Shown: piece after piece, positions 52,841-62,080 of the stretch
How positions within the stretch are numbered: position 1 is the stretch's first letter
Layout of the letters: every line of letters begins with the position of its first letter
Assembly (NCBI GenBank): GCA_963702095.1
Contig: OY969706.1
Location: 1,696,001 to 1,760,000, forward strand
DNA length: 64,000 nt
DNA from: Candidatus Bathyarchaeota archaeon
GTDB lineage: Archaea > Thermoproteota > Bathyarchaeia > Bathyarchaeales > Bathycorpusculaceae
Direction of reading: 5' to 3'
Program-made: the position numbers and the translations under genes
The notes under the pieces: model-generated
Databases searched by the model: none
Told to the model about the DNA's origin: nothing
What the model saw: only the letters and a program-made list of their open reading frames with translations

Positions 52841-53149
52841 TCAAGGCTTTAATTCGCGGTCTTCACTGTAGTCTCTATCCTCATGGACTTCTTCTTCGAC
52901 TTCATCTTGCCGTGCTTCTTCACGCAAGCTTGCGGCTTCACCTTTAGCTCTGGCTCTATCTTCAGCTTGCCCTTTCAACGGATAAACTGTACCCAACCAA
53001 ACTTCAAATTGCCTCTTGTATTGAGGGCTAGAAAAAACCCAATCGCATAATCCACCAATGACCATACTAACGTCAACATCATGATCATTAGCTAGATCTT
53101 TCAGAAAATCAATCCATTTTGAGGGTAAAGACACCAAAGAACTGCTCAT
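52841..53149 (-). CDS. Hypothetical protein with acidic tail (possible RHH-like N-terminus)
   Basis: VSLPSKWIDFLKDLA...VSMVI; GGAG upstream of ATG. Confidence 0.6.
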   Translation of the reverse strand: MSSSLVSLPSKWIDFLKDLANDHDVDVSMVIGGLCDWVFSSPQYKRQFEVWLGTVYPLKGQAEDRARAKGEAASLREEARQDEVEEEVHEDRDYSEDRELKP

Positions 53150-53299
53150 AACTAAGTCTCCACTAACATGGTTACTGTAACGGCGTATTTAAGCTTCTTT
53201 GGCGCAAGCAAAAAAAGAGACTTTTTTCTTGGCTTTTCAATTGTAGACGCGTGGGTAAATACACGCACTAAATCTACGCGGAAGGTGGTTTAGGCGGTA

Positions 53300-54475
53300 T
53301 TATGTCAACGGGAATCTCCGCCTCAAATAGCCCTTTAGAAATTCGTGGTCATTTGCTAATTCAGTGCTTTTTACGATTTGACCCTCAAGCCTATCTAATG
53401 CAATCTTAAACGTCTGTTCAACCCCATAGCCTTCGCCTGAACTGAAAAACGCACCCTTCTTTGTTCTAAATTGCAGTCGGCAGTGAATTAACTGGTCGCC
53501 CTTGAAGTTTGTGCCATGCGTTTTCATGTAGACAAATAATGTGCCAGCCTCTAGGGTTCCTCCGTATCTGTGGGTGAAAGATTCGAAGTCGTCCATAACT
53601 GCGCCTCGTTGGATTTCGTCAAATTCCACGTCTTTTACTGAAAACTGCACGGTAAGTCTTTCCATTGGTTTTTCCATTTGCGCTAGAGGTTCAAGAAAAT
53701 CTCGCTTAGTTATGATGCCGACAGGTCTTCCTTTGTCAACGATTACCAAAGAGGAAATGTTGAATTTGTGCATTTGCTCTTCAGCATCTCGCAATTTGGA
53801 TTTAGGCAAAATAGTAATCACAGGCTGAACCATGATTCCCTTTGCTGGAATACTGAGCAGAGAGACTTTCTGGCCTACCCTTTCGCCAAACCTTTGTACA
53901 TGTTTAGGCTGAAAGATATTATCAATAATGTCGGAAATGCCTACCATCCCAACGAGTTTTCCATCTTTGACTATGGGAACATGCGAGATTCCTTCGTTTC
54001 TTAACAGGCTTAGCACCGCCCCCAGTGATTCGTCTTCTTCGATGACAAATGGCTTCTTGGTCATTATTTCTTCAACAGGTGTGTTACCCCATTGCTCCAT
54101 TATAGCGCCATGGATAACATCCTCATCTGTTACAAAGCCTAAGAGGTCATTTTCACTGTAGACGGGAAGTTGCCTGATTTCGCTTTCAATCATTAATTTA
54201 GCGACTTTGCTGAGCGTATCCTGCAAGGTAACGGCGGGGGCTGGCTGAGTTAAAGTTTTAACTTTGCTTCCAGATGCATCAAAACTGGACCGCTTTATTG
54301 ATTTTCGGGAAATAACCCCTTTGTAACTACCTTTGCTGTCAAAGACCGCTAAAACAGGCGGCATACCTTCTTTGAAACGTGATAGACAAGAAGAAACAGT
54401 GTCATTCTCCTGTACTTCTATAAAACCCTTTGAAAAAACATCTTTTACAATTTTAACCGTGAAAAACACATCCAT
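53300..54475 (-). CDS. Four-CBS-domain protein with C-terminal HPF/RaiA-like domain (candidate ribosome hibernation factor)
   Basis: Four CBS repeats, then a beta-alpha-beta-beta-beta-alpha domain ending GYGVEQTFKIALDRLEGQI. Confidence 0.8.
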   Translation of the reverse strand: MDVFFTVKIVKDVFSKGFIEVQENDTVSSCLSRFKEGMPPVLAVFDSKGSYKGVISRKSIKRSSFDASGSKVKTLTQPAPAVTLQDTLSKVAKLMIESEIRQLPVYSENDLLGFVTDEDVIHGAIMEQWGNTPVEEIMTKKPFVIEEDESLGAVLSLLRNEGISHVPIVKDGKLVGMVGISDIIDNIFQPKHVQRFGERVGQKVSLLSIPAKGIMVQPVITILPKSKLRDAEEQMHKFNISSLVIVDKGRPVGIITKRDFLEPLAQMEKPMERLTVQFSVKDVEFDEIQRGAVMDDFESFTHRYGGTLEAGTLFVYMKTHGTNFKGDQLIHCRLQFRTKKGAFFSSGEGYGVEQTFKIALDRLEGQIVKSTELANDHEFLKGYLRRRFPLT

Positions 54476-54696
54476 GTACTATCTATTGCTTCTTGATTGA
54501 TTTAAGCCTTGGTGTGCCCTACCAACTGGGCGCATAGTACGTTGCGCTTCTTTAATATTAGTCTCATCTCGGATGCTTAAGAATTGATTCGCATTTTTGC
54601 ACGATCTATTTACCGGAGTATTATTTGGGCGTTCCTTTTTTCTTATAACTCAAACCTTTAATACCATCAGCGCCTATCCTTATAGGGGGCAACCAG

Positions 54697-55047
54697 TTGC
54701 TATTTAGGCGTAAAAACGAAAATGAACCCCGAAACAAGCTCCAAGTTGACCTCGGGGACTTACAAACCGAAAAAGAAAACCTCACAAAATATCTTGAATC
54801 AAGACTCAAAGTTGAGGTTTTCGAAGTAAAAGACAAGTTGGCTGTTGATTCAGAAAAAGTAACGATTTCGGGGCTGCATCAAGCAGTGAAAAAGTTTCTC
54901 TACAGTCGAGGCCGCAACATGACTCACTGGATATCGCTTGAGGGTTCAACCGTTAAAATCAACCGGTTTGGGACTCATAATAAGAAAAAAGAGAAGCATG
55001 AAAAGCAGTCATCGCACCAAACGGTTGCACAGAGCTGGGGGCTTTAG
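54697..55047 (+). CDS. Ribosomal protein eL22-like protein
   Basis: LTKYLESRLKV...LHQAVKKFLYSRG..HW resembles the eL22 pattern (FLxxRIKV...LKYLTKKYLKK..L..W). Confidence 0.55.
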   Translation: MLFRRKNENEPRNKLQVDLGDLQTEKENLTKYLESRLKVEVFEVKDKLAVDSEKVTISGLHQAVKKFLYSRGRNMTHWISLEGSTVKINRFGTHNKKKEKHEKQSSHQTVAQSWGL

Positions 55048-55173
55048 CGGTCTTCTCTCCGGTTGGCTTGGCTCAGATAAGCAACCTTCTCTTTTTTCGT
55101 GTAGTTTGTGTACATATCACGGGTACCCAACGCTTAAAAGAACTCTTTCCTTGAAGCTTAAACGACACTCGGC

Positions 55174-55731
55174 ATGAACAAATCCAAGATAATCAAGATA
55201 GCGTTGAGCGCCCTAACTATTGTTCTCACAGTTGGCCCATTGCTCGGCGTTGTTTGCCTCTACCGAGATAATCTTCTGGGATTAGTGCTTCCATCCCAAA
55301 CCACAGGCGAAAGCAGCGTAACCAACAGTGACATCAGCAACTTAGATTTCACAGCGTTAGAATCAATGCAACCAATCAAACCATTAGGGGAGCCAACTTA
55401 CAATCAATCCACAGGCGACTTCTCGTACCCGCTCAACTTTACCAATCCGCTGCCACAGGAGCTCTCACTTGACAACCTGTCCGCAGACATAAAAGCGGGT
55501 AACGGAGAACTGTTGGGAACCATAAGCATCCCAGATGCAATACATGTTAGCCCTGGTCAATCAGCTGTTATCGACTTAAACGGTAACATCAATCAAGCGG
55601 CTTTAGATGCCTATAAGGCGCACTTCGGTGAAAACGCATATGTTTCTGTAGAAAATCTAGTCGTCACCGTTGGAGGCATCAGTTTGCATTTGGATGAAAT
55701 ACCTGGTGTGGGGTCAATTCAGTTAGGGTGA
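55174..55731 (+). CDS. Membrane-anchored LEA_2/WHy-like protein
   Basis: N-terminal TM; NFTNP...LSLDNLSADI...LG...V.PG pattern. Confidence 0.65.
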   Translation: MNKSKIIKIALSALTIVLTVGPLLGVVCLYRDNLLGLVLPSQTTGESSVTNSDISNLDFTALESMQPIKPLGEPTYNQSTGDFSYPLNFTNPLPQELSLDNLSADIKAGNGELLGTISIPDAIHVSPGQSAVIDLNGNINQAALDAYKAHFGENAYVSVENLVVTVGGISLHLDEIPGVGSIQLG

Positions 55732-55737
55732 GAATGT

Positions 55738-56337
55738 TTGGAGCGAACGATTAGCTGGTTTGGTTTAGCTGCTGGGATAGTAACGCTTGTGCTGGTATTA
55801 GTATCGGTGTTTGTGCCTTGGTGGCAGCTTACAGTCGGCAACAACTTTGTTAGCGTCTATGCTTCGCCTATTGTTACAAACTTTGGGTTCTACGGCGCCC
55901 AGTTTACCCTTCCTCTGCTTTGGGCATGGAACCTCTCAAACATCCTCCTGTTCACTGCCGGTGGCATAATCATGCTCATCTATTCAGTGTTTCCCACAAA
56001 GTCCTACTCTAAAGACCTACTCTGCTTCTCCTACAAAAAGCCGCTATACGGATTGATTAGTTTCGTGGTGGGCTTGGCTGTAGTCGTTTTAGGTGCAGGC
56101 TTCTTTGACCTGGGCATTCCACTGGTGGGTTCGGCAAACGTAGATTTCTCTTTACCCTCATTCATACCTTTGAGCGCCAGCATTAGCTCTACGGTAACTG
56201 CGATGTTTCTGTTTCCTTTCTACCTTGCAATAGCGGCTGTGGCGCTGTGTATAGCTGCACGGGTTTACCATGGACGGTTAACAAACGCTGTCCAACCAAC
56301 GCAGACCTCATCGCCAACTAACCCTGTGATGCAGTAA
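55738..56337 (+). CDS. Four-TM membrane protein
   Basis: SVFVPWW motif and four hydrophobic segments; 6 nt after the preceding gene. Confidence 0.75.
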   Translation: MERTISWFGLAAGIVTLVLVLVSVFVPWWQLTVGNNFVSVYASPIVTNFGFYGAQFTLPLLWAWNLSNILLFTAGGIIMLIYSVFPTKSYSKDLLCFSYKKPLYGLISFVVGLAVVVLGAGFFDLGIPLVGSANVDFSLPSFIPLSASISSTVTAMFLFPFYLAIAAVALCIAARVYHGRLTNAVQPTQTSSPTNPVMQ

Positions 56338-57682
56338 CGATGATATCGAAGCTGTAGGTGAACCCAAACGTCGGTGTACCGCTGGGAACATTGGTGGATT
56401 GTGCTATAACCAAAGTTAACCCCAGCCACATGCACTGCCCCGGCGCAACTGTGTTGCCTGTTGCCAAGTTGTCGTATCCCATCCATTGCGTGCCAATAGG
56501 CGCCCATGAAGAACCCAGCGTTTCTTTATGCATCGAAATCTCGATGTTTGCGGGGTTGTTTACGTTTTCCAGTGCGGTGTTGACTGTTATGGGTGTGTTG
56601 CCGTCGTTGCGGAGCACTATGAGGTTGGTTTCAGGCATAAATTGGCTGCCGTAAGCGCTGGGTGACACCATGATGCCGCCGATGTTTAGTTGTGGGTTTC
56701 CATATTGGAAGGTGCCGCTGTTTATGGTGAGAGGGAAAGCTGTGCCGTTAACAAACCACAAAGAATAGCTAACCGGTTGGGAACTTGGCTGTTGAGCCTC
56801 CGCTGGCAGAGTGATTGATAGGTTAACGAACAACGCCGCCAAAACCAATGCCAATACCAAAGCAGCCGCAACTACCCTAGACGCCCCCGCCTTTGATTTC
56901 GCGTATCTTCTAAGCATTATTGCAGTTGCGGGTAGAAAAATAAGCAACGCCAAAACGACTGCTACCCAGCTGAATTCGGGGATTGTCCCTGTGTCTGATG
57001 GCGAGGGAGATGCGGATGAGTTAGCTGTTGGCGAATCGGTTGGGTTAGTTGTAGGTATGGGTGAGGTGTTGGGTCTGGTGGTTGGGGTTGCGGTTGCTTG
57101 CGGCGTAGACGTTGGAGAAGATGTGGGTGAAGGCGCCGTGGGATACTGGGCAACTCCGTAAACGCCAAAGATGCTGCCGAAACTGCTTGCGTTGGATTCT
57201 ACTGTGACTTGAATAGCATAGTTGAAACTGGCGCCCGAAGTGTATTGGCCATTGGTGTGGAAGTCCCCGCTTAACTGAAGTGTTTGTCTGCCTCCTGCTG
57301 CGATGGTGGTGGAGGTTTGGTTGTTGGCTGTTTTGCATGTGAAGGTGGAGGCTATGTTTTGGGGTAACTCAACCGTGTTGGTTGTGGTTGCTGTGATGGT
57401 TATTGGGGTGTTTTGGTCGTTTGTTACTATGAAGCTAAAGGTCCACTGCGTCGGGGTTGCGCTGTCGCTTACGGGGATTTGGAACCCGTTTATGTGGTTA
57501 GATAGGATTGTGCCGTTGGTGAACCAGAGCGTGAAGCCTCTGTTGGGTGAATAAGTGAAGGCTCCGTTTACATGGATGCGTTCATCGCCCGATGCAGCAG
57601 CGGCTATGGTGGGGACAGAAATCAGTATAATCAAAGTAAGGGCTAAAAGCAAAAGCTTCTCTCGCATACGATTCACCCACAA
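56318..57682 (-). CDS. Surface protein with two paralogous Ig-like domains and an internal PEF-TM motif
   Basis: Signal peptide; duplicated LWFxNGT and NDxNTPIT motifs; IPEF-TM-RR, then a second hydrophobic segment. Confidence 0.75.
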   Translation of the reverse strand: MWVNRMREKLLLLALTLIILISVPTIAAAASGDERIHVNGAFTYSPNRGFTLWFTNGTILSNHINGFQIPVSDSATPTQWTFSFIVTNDQNTPITITATTTNTVELPQNIASTFTCKTANNQTSTTIAAGGRQTLQLSGDFHTNGQYTSGASFNYAIQVTVESNASSFGSIFGVYGVAQYPTAPSPTSSPTSTPQATATPTTRPNTSPIPTTNPTDSPTANSSASPSPSDTGTIPEFSWVAVVLALLIFLPATAIMLRRYAKSKAGASRVVAAALVLALVLAALFVNLSITLPAEAQQPSSQPVSYSLWFVNGTAFPLTINSGTFQYGNPQLNIGGIMVSPSAYGSQFMPETNLIVLRNDGNTPITVNTALENVNNPANIEISMHKETLGSSWAPIGTQWMGYDNLATGNTVAPGQCMWLGLTLVIAQSTNVPSGTPTFGFTYSFDIIVTASQG

Positions 57683-57771
57683 AAATATGCAACAAAGTAG
57701 AAGTCGGCAAGGAATTTAAGGCAAATGTCAAGCTGCCTTTTGTCTCATCTCAGCCCCAAACCCATGACTGA

Positions 57772-58161
57772 TTAAGCGTCAGCTTTATCCAAGGTCGGGG
57801 GCGCTCGCCTAGCATCCCACGCGTGATGCAACGCTAAACCCGGGTGATACAGGAGCAGTCGGGGACCAGAATACCGCATAACCTGCCTAACTTGCTCTTT
57901 CATGTCGGGTTTGTAACAGTGGATTTTGCATTTGCCGCAGGTGCTTTTTTTCTCTTGGAAGGGGCATTTGCTTAACCGCAGAAAAGCGTATTCTTTGAAT
58001 TGGCTGCATTGGGGGCATAATTCGCCGTGGGTTCCATGGTGTCCTCTGCAGTAGATGTCAACCATGTATTCTATGGTTTTTCTTTCCCTCTTCATTCTTT
58101 TGTGTTCTGGGTTTGGTGGTTGAGGTTTCATATTCGTCGGCTTAATGGAGAAGGCGGTCAT
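57772..58161 (-). CDS. YgbA / nitrous-oxide-stimulated-promoter family Cys-rich protein
   Basis: REKKTI-like start, IYCRGHH, CPQC, CPF..KSTCGKCKIHCY and VMRYSGPRLL motifs. Confidence 0.88.
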   Translation of the reverse strand: MTAFSIKPTNMKPQPPNPEHKRMKRERKTIEYMVDIYCRGHHGTHGELCPQCSQFKEYAFLRLSKCPFQEKKSTCGKCKIHCYKPDMKEQVRQVMRYSGPRLLLYHPGLALHHAWDARRAPPTLDKADA

Positions 58162-58343
58162 TTCACATAAGGTTTTACCCTTACAATTAAGGGAATTTTG
58201 CAGAACGCTTTAGGCAATCGATGCCTTCTGCTTTCTATCCCACCAAAAATTTGTAGAGTTACCGACCTTGAACGGCACAGACAAAAAACAGAAAACAGGC
58301 TATCCTGAACTAATAACTAATCTCCCAGAAGCACACCACAGAG

Positions 58344-58682
58344 TTAGAAGACACCAAGCAGCTTTGCCAATGTAATACCGATGGAGATTGCTGCAACCAA
58401 AAATATGATTTTCCCCTTCGATAAACCGCCTTTGGAGGAACTTTCACCTTCTTGGAACTCGTACTCCCGTATCTCCTTGGTTTTAGAGTTAATCTGCACT
58501 TTAGCATTTAACTTCTGAAACATCATTTCCACAATGTAGAGTTCCCCATCCATTGAGACTTTCATAGGTAACCAGCTTCCCTTGTAGCCTAGACGCTTCA
58601 GAAAGTCCGCTGTCAAAGCGGTTGCGTTTTCGGCGTCAAACCTTGAAATCTCCGGTGAAATTTCGGGGGTACCTGTAGACAT
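58344..58682 (-). CDS. Hypothetical protein, PepSY-like domain plus C-terminal TM
   Basis: Helix A..L..DFL, strands YIVEM and VQINSKTKEI; TM tail. Confidence 0.6.
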   Translation of the reverse strand: MSTGTPEISPEISRFDAENATALTADFLKRLGYKGSWLPMKVSMDGELYIVEMMFQKLNAKVQINSKTKEIREYEFQEGESSSKGGLSKGKIIFLVAAISIGITLAKLLGVF

Positions 58683-58795
58683 TAATCCTCAACCAGAAAA
58701 GGATAATTAAAACCTTATAGGGCTTATGAATCCGAGAACTGAATTACCAATCAACATGCCCAGCTAAGCATAAACAATTGGAAAACATGTCCAGA

Positions 58796-59044
58796 TTACG
58801 GCACTGGTGTAGGCGTCGCCATAGGCAATTCGGGCATTGTGCCGTTGAAAGGGGATGTCTGGTTTAGGAGGCTGTTCTGTATTTGGTTCATCAACTGCAT
58901 CTGAGGGCTTGTTTCACTGAAAGATTGCTGCAGCATGTCCACGGCGTAAACCACCACTATGCAGGATAAAACCACGGTTGAAGTAACTAAAAGTAGCGCA
59001 GCTACTGTTGACTCCAAATCTTCTCCTCCTTCTCCGTTCTCCAA
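58796..59044 (-). CDS. Small pilin/archaellin-like membrane protein
   Basis: LESTVAALLLVTSTVVLSCIVVVY resembles an archaeal type IV pilin N-terminal helix; no basic KG cleavage site. Confidence 0.5.
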   Translation of the reverse strand: MENGEGGEDLESTVAALLLVTSTVVLSCIVVVYAVDMLQQSFSETSPQMQLMNQIQNSLLNQTSPFNGTMPELPMATPTPVP

Positions 59045-59135
59045 GCATCCAATACGTTGAAAAATATATTATAGGTTAATTCCAATGGACAAAATATGTC
59101 GATTTTAGGAATATGTCCTGGAAAATACTGCTTAT

Positions 59136-59700
59136 TTACGGTTTCTTTTCAGGTTCTGGCTGTGTCTGAGCCGCGGCAGGAGCGCTTGATGCAGCAGGAG
59201 TTTCTTCTGATGCAGGCGATGCCTCGGTTTTTTCGGATGCTGCTTGGCTCTGTGGTGGTGTGCTGGGGAGAATCTGTATTTTTTCAGCCATCGGATGCAG
59301 TAGGTCCGGCGGCGGATAGGGCGTGTTGAGGTTGCTGGAGAGTATGTAGATGGAGTTGAAAACATGCTGGTAGATGGTGAAGAGAATCTGGGGAATCCGG
59401 GTTTTGGGGTTGACTTCCAACTTCTTTTTTATGTCCTCGGCTTTTCCCGTCAACGTCACCGTTCCCGCAGTTGCATATTTAACAACGTTTGGTTTTGTGG
59501 AGATTGACAGTTGAAAACCTAAGGTCACTTGGTTGTTTTCTTTTTTTTGCTCTTCAATCTTGGCGTTCACGTCAAAAAACAGTTCTTCCGCCCCAGAATA
59601 GACGCCGCTTCGTTCAGCCTGTAAACTACTTAGACTTATCGAAACGGTGACTCCAGAGACAGAATACTGTGGGTTTACGGTTGATTCCTCTCTACTTCAT
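59136..59700 (-). CDS. Hypothetical protein, possible SecB-like fold; start apparently frameshifted near 59695
   Basis: Frame stays open upstream of 59570 to EESTVNPQ; ATGAAGTAGAGAG would read MSRE after removing one A; C-terminal helix plus PYPPP. Confidence 0.55.
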
Positions 59701-59771
59701 TGCTTGCTCTTTCATATTTAACTTTTATACTCTTCAGATAAGTGATTCCCCTGTAAGGCGTCGTAGGGGTT

Positions 59772-60341
59772 CTATGGCGGCGGGGTTTCTGTGAGGCTGT
59801 AGTATGCAGGCACCATCAGTTCAGTGTCGAATTTAAACAAGTCGTCTCCTTTAGCGGTAGCTTTCTGTTTTAGCACTATTTTTTTAGGCATGTCTTCTTC
59901 GAGGTAAACGATGTAGTTAACGGTTTGACCCAGCCCCAAGCGGGTAAGCTGCTGTATGGTGCCCTTGAACTTTTCGTACTCCTGTATTTTCACTGAGATT
60001 TTCTCGATTGCTTCAAAGAGCAGTTCTGATTGACCCTGCTCAGTAAACGCGATTGATATATCGCCAGTTTGAATCCAAGGCGACTCTTCTTCTTTACCTT
60101 TGACGCCTTTTTTTGATTTGTCGGGTTCCGGAGGCTTCTTTGCTTGGGATTTTAGGGTTTTTTGTAGAGCAGTGGATTTTTGGAACCATTCCTCGCTTTT
60201 ATGCTTGCCTTCTGCATCCCTCAACACGGTGCCGAGCCATTGGCTGTAGTCTTCAAACAACGCTTTGTACTGGCTTGTTTGGTTAGCTACGTACTCTGAG
60301 ATGTCTTTGAGCGAGGTAAACGTGCGTAATTCAACTCCCAA
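59772..60341 (-). CDS. Hypothetical protein
   Basis: 189-aa ORF, GGTGGAG upstream of the TTG start, coiled-coil character. Confidence 0.75.
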   Translation of the reverse strand: MGVELRTFTSLKDISEYVANQTSQYKALFEDYSQWLGTVLRDAEGKHKSEEWFQKSTALQKTLKSQAKKPPEPDKSKKGVKGKEEESPWIQTGDISIAFTEQGQSELLFEAIEKISVKIQEYEKFKGTIQQLTRLGLGQTVNYIVYLEEDMPKKIVLKQKATAKGDDLFKFDTELMVPAYYSLTETPPP

Positions 60342-60465
60342 TTTTCACTCCACCAGTAACTTGTCAATGGTTCAATTATTAGTGTGAACGATACTGAATG
60401 CTGGTTTATGGCATAATAGGATTTGTCTATTTCAGAAGTGACATACCTTTTGTTTGATACAGTGT

Positions 60466-61536
60466 TTAGCGGTTCTTGGCTTTTTCATAGGAGTTTGAGA
60501 TGGCTTCGCTTGTTAAGACGCCGACGACTTTGGTTGGCGTTTGCTTATCCACCACAGGAATTAAATCGATTTTCTCTCGAATCATAATTTTGTTTGCTTC
60601 AAGTATCGATTCATCCTCATGCACTGAAATGTTCTGAGTCGGCATCTGCCCAACCCTCAAAGTTTCTCTCTGGTCAGCATTGACTTTCATAAGCTCCATC
60701 CAAGTGACAACCCCCAATAAAACGCCGTCTTTTTCAACCAAAGCGTCGTGGTAACGGTTCTTAAACATGACTTCAAGGGCTTCAGTTAGGGTTTGATCAG
60801 GGTTTACGCTGCCTATCTCTGACTGCATAACGTCTCTGACGCGAACGTCTGCAAGTTTGGTTGAGACGATGGTTTGTTCGCCTTCTTCGCTGGCGCCGAT
60901 GTAAACGAACAATCCCACCAAGATCAGCAGGAAATATTCGGGGAAAATGAAACCGACGATAACCATAGCAATGCCCAGGATTTTGCCGACTAAAACGGCG
61001 TATTTGGTGGCATCAGAGTATTTCATGCGTTCGGCTAAAAGCGCCCTAAAGACTCTGCCGCCGTCCATGGGGAAAGCTGGGATCAAATTGAATATGCCTA
61101 GGAAAATGTTGAGGATTGCAAGGTCAAAGATGAGGTTGCCTGTTGTGGTGAAAGTTAGGATTTTCGGTGCAAGTTGGGGCGAGAGGGCGAGGCTGACGGC
61201 TAAAAGCGCAAGACCCAACAGTAGGCTTGTGAGGGGACCCGCGAAAGCCATGCGCCATTCCTGTGAGGGATTGTCTGGGATTTCTTCGATTTCTGAGACG
61301 CCGCCGATGGGGTATAGCACGATTTTGCGCACTGTAATGCCGTAGCGGCGAGCGACTACGGAGTGTGCAAGCTCATGGAAAACCACGAATACAAACAGGA
61401 ACAACACAATCAAGAAGGTGTAGAACTGCATCCCCAGTACAGACAAAATCAAAACGGCTATGATTAGAAGGATGAATGTGAAGTGCAACTCAATTGGGAT
61501 GCCCCACGCGGAGCCTATTTTCAGAGAAGACTTCAT
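60466..61536 (-). CDS. Site-2 (M50) metalloprotease with CBS pair
   Basis: HELAH, AGP and NLIPAFPMDGGR motifs; C-terminal CBS pair. Confidence 0.95.
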   Translation of the reverse strand: MKSSLKIGSAWGIPIELHFTFILLIIAVLILSVLGMQFYTFLIVLFLFVFVVFHELAHSVVARRYGITVRKIVLYPIGGVSEIEEIPDNPSQEWRMAFAGPLTSLLLGLALLAVSLALSPQLAPKILTFTTTGNLIFDLAILNIFLGIFNLIPAFPMDGGRVFRALLAERMKYSDATKYAVLVGKILGIAMVIVGFIFPEYFLLILVGLFVYIGASEEGEQTIVSTKLADVRVRDVMQSEIGSVNPDQTLTEALEVMFKNRYHDALVEKDGVLLGVVTWMELMKVNADQRETLRVGQMPTQNISVHEDESILEANKIMIREKIDLIPVVDKQTPTKVVGVLTSEAISNSYEKAKNR

Positions 61537-61636
61537 AGGTTAAGATGCCTGATTAGGGGCTTTTTAAATTTTCGATAGCCACGATTTCGCCTCGGATCTA
61601 TGTTGGCTAAAGTTTTTTATAATTGCCAGTGGTAGA

Positions 61637-62035
61637 GTGTTTGAGGCATGTTTCTTGTCGGAAAATGTTTGGAAGAAACCTGTAATCTGCATCTTCAAAG
61701 AACGATCAGCGGGTAACTGGCAATCTGACCCCTTTGTCGTGATCAAAGCTAAACAGGTAACCCTCAATGACACTGGAGAAGACCCCAAGTATACAGGAAA
61801 GCTTGAGGATTTCTTTACGCTGATGGGTGATACCGATTATCTGTCTTCAGCTGAAGGCAAAGCTGACCACTATGTAATGTGCTGGTTTGACGACGCTGAA
61901 CCTGATGAAACCAAGGATCTTCGGCGCCTGCGAGGCGTGCGGATAACAGGCGAGGTTTTCTGCAGTTTAAACGAGAAAACCCACAAAAGAACATACAATG
62001 CGTCTTTCTCTGCTGATCAAGCAAAAATAGAATAG
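61637..62035 (+). CDS. Hypothetical protein
   Basis: 132-aa ORF following a TTTTTATAA box. Confidence 0.65.
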   Translation: MFEACFLSENVWKKPVICIFKERSAGNWQSDPFVVIKAKQVTLNDTGEDPKYTGKLEDFFTLMGDTDYLSSAEGKADHYVMCWFDDAEPDETKDLRRLRGVRITGEVFCSLNEKTHKRTYNASFSADQAKIE

Positions 62036-62080
62036 GAAAACTTTTCAAGAGACATTGCGGAAACTTTTTATCACAAACGA

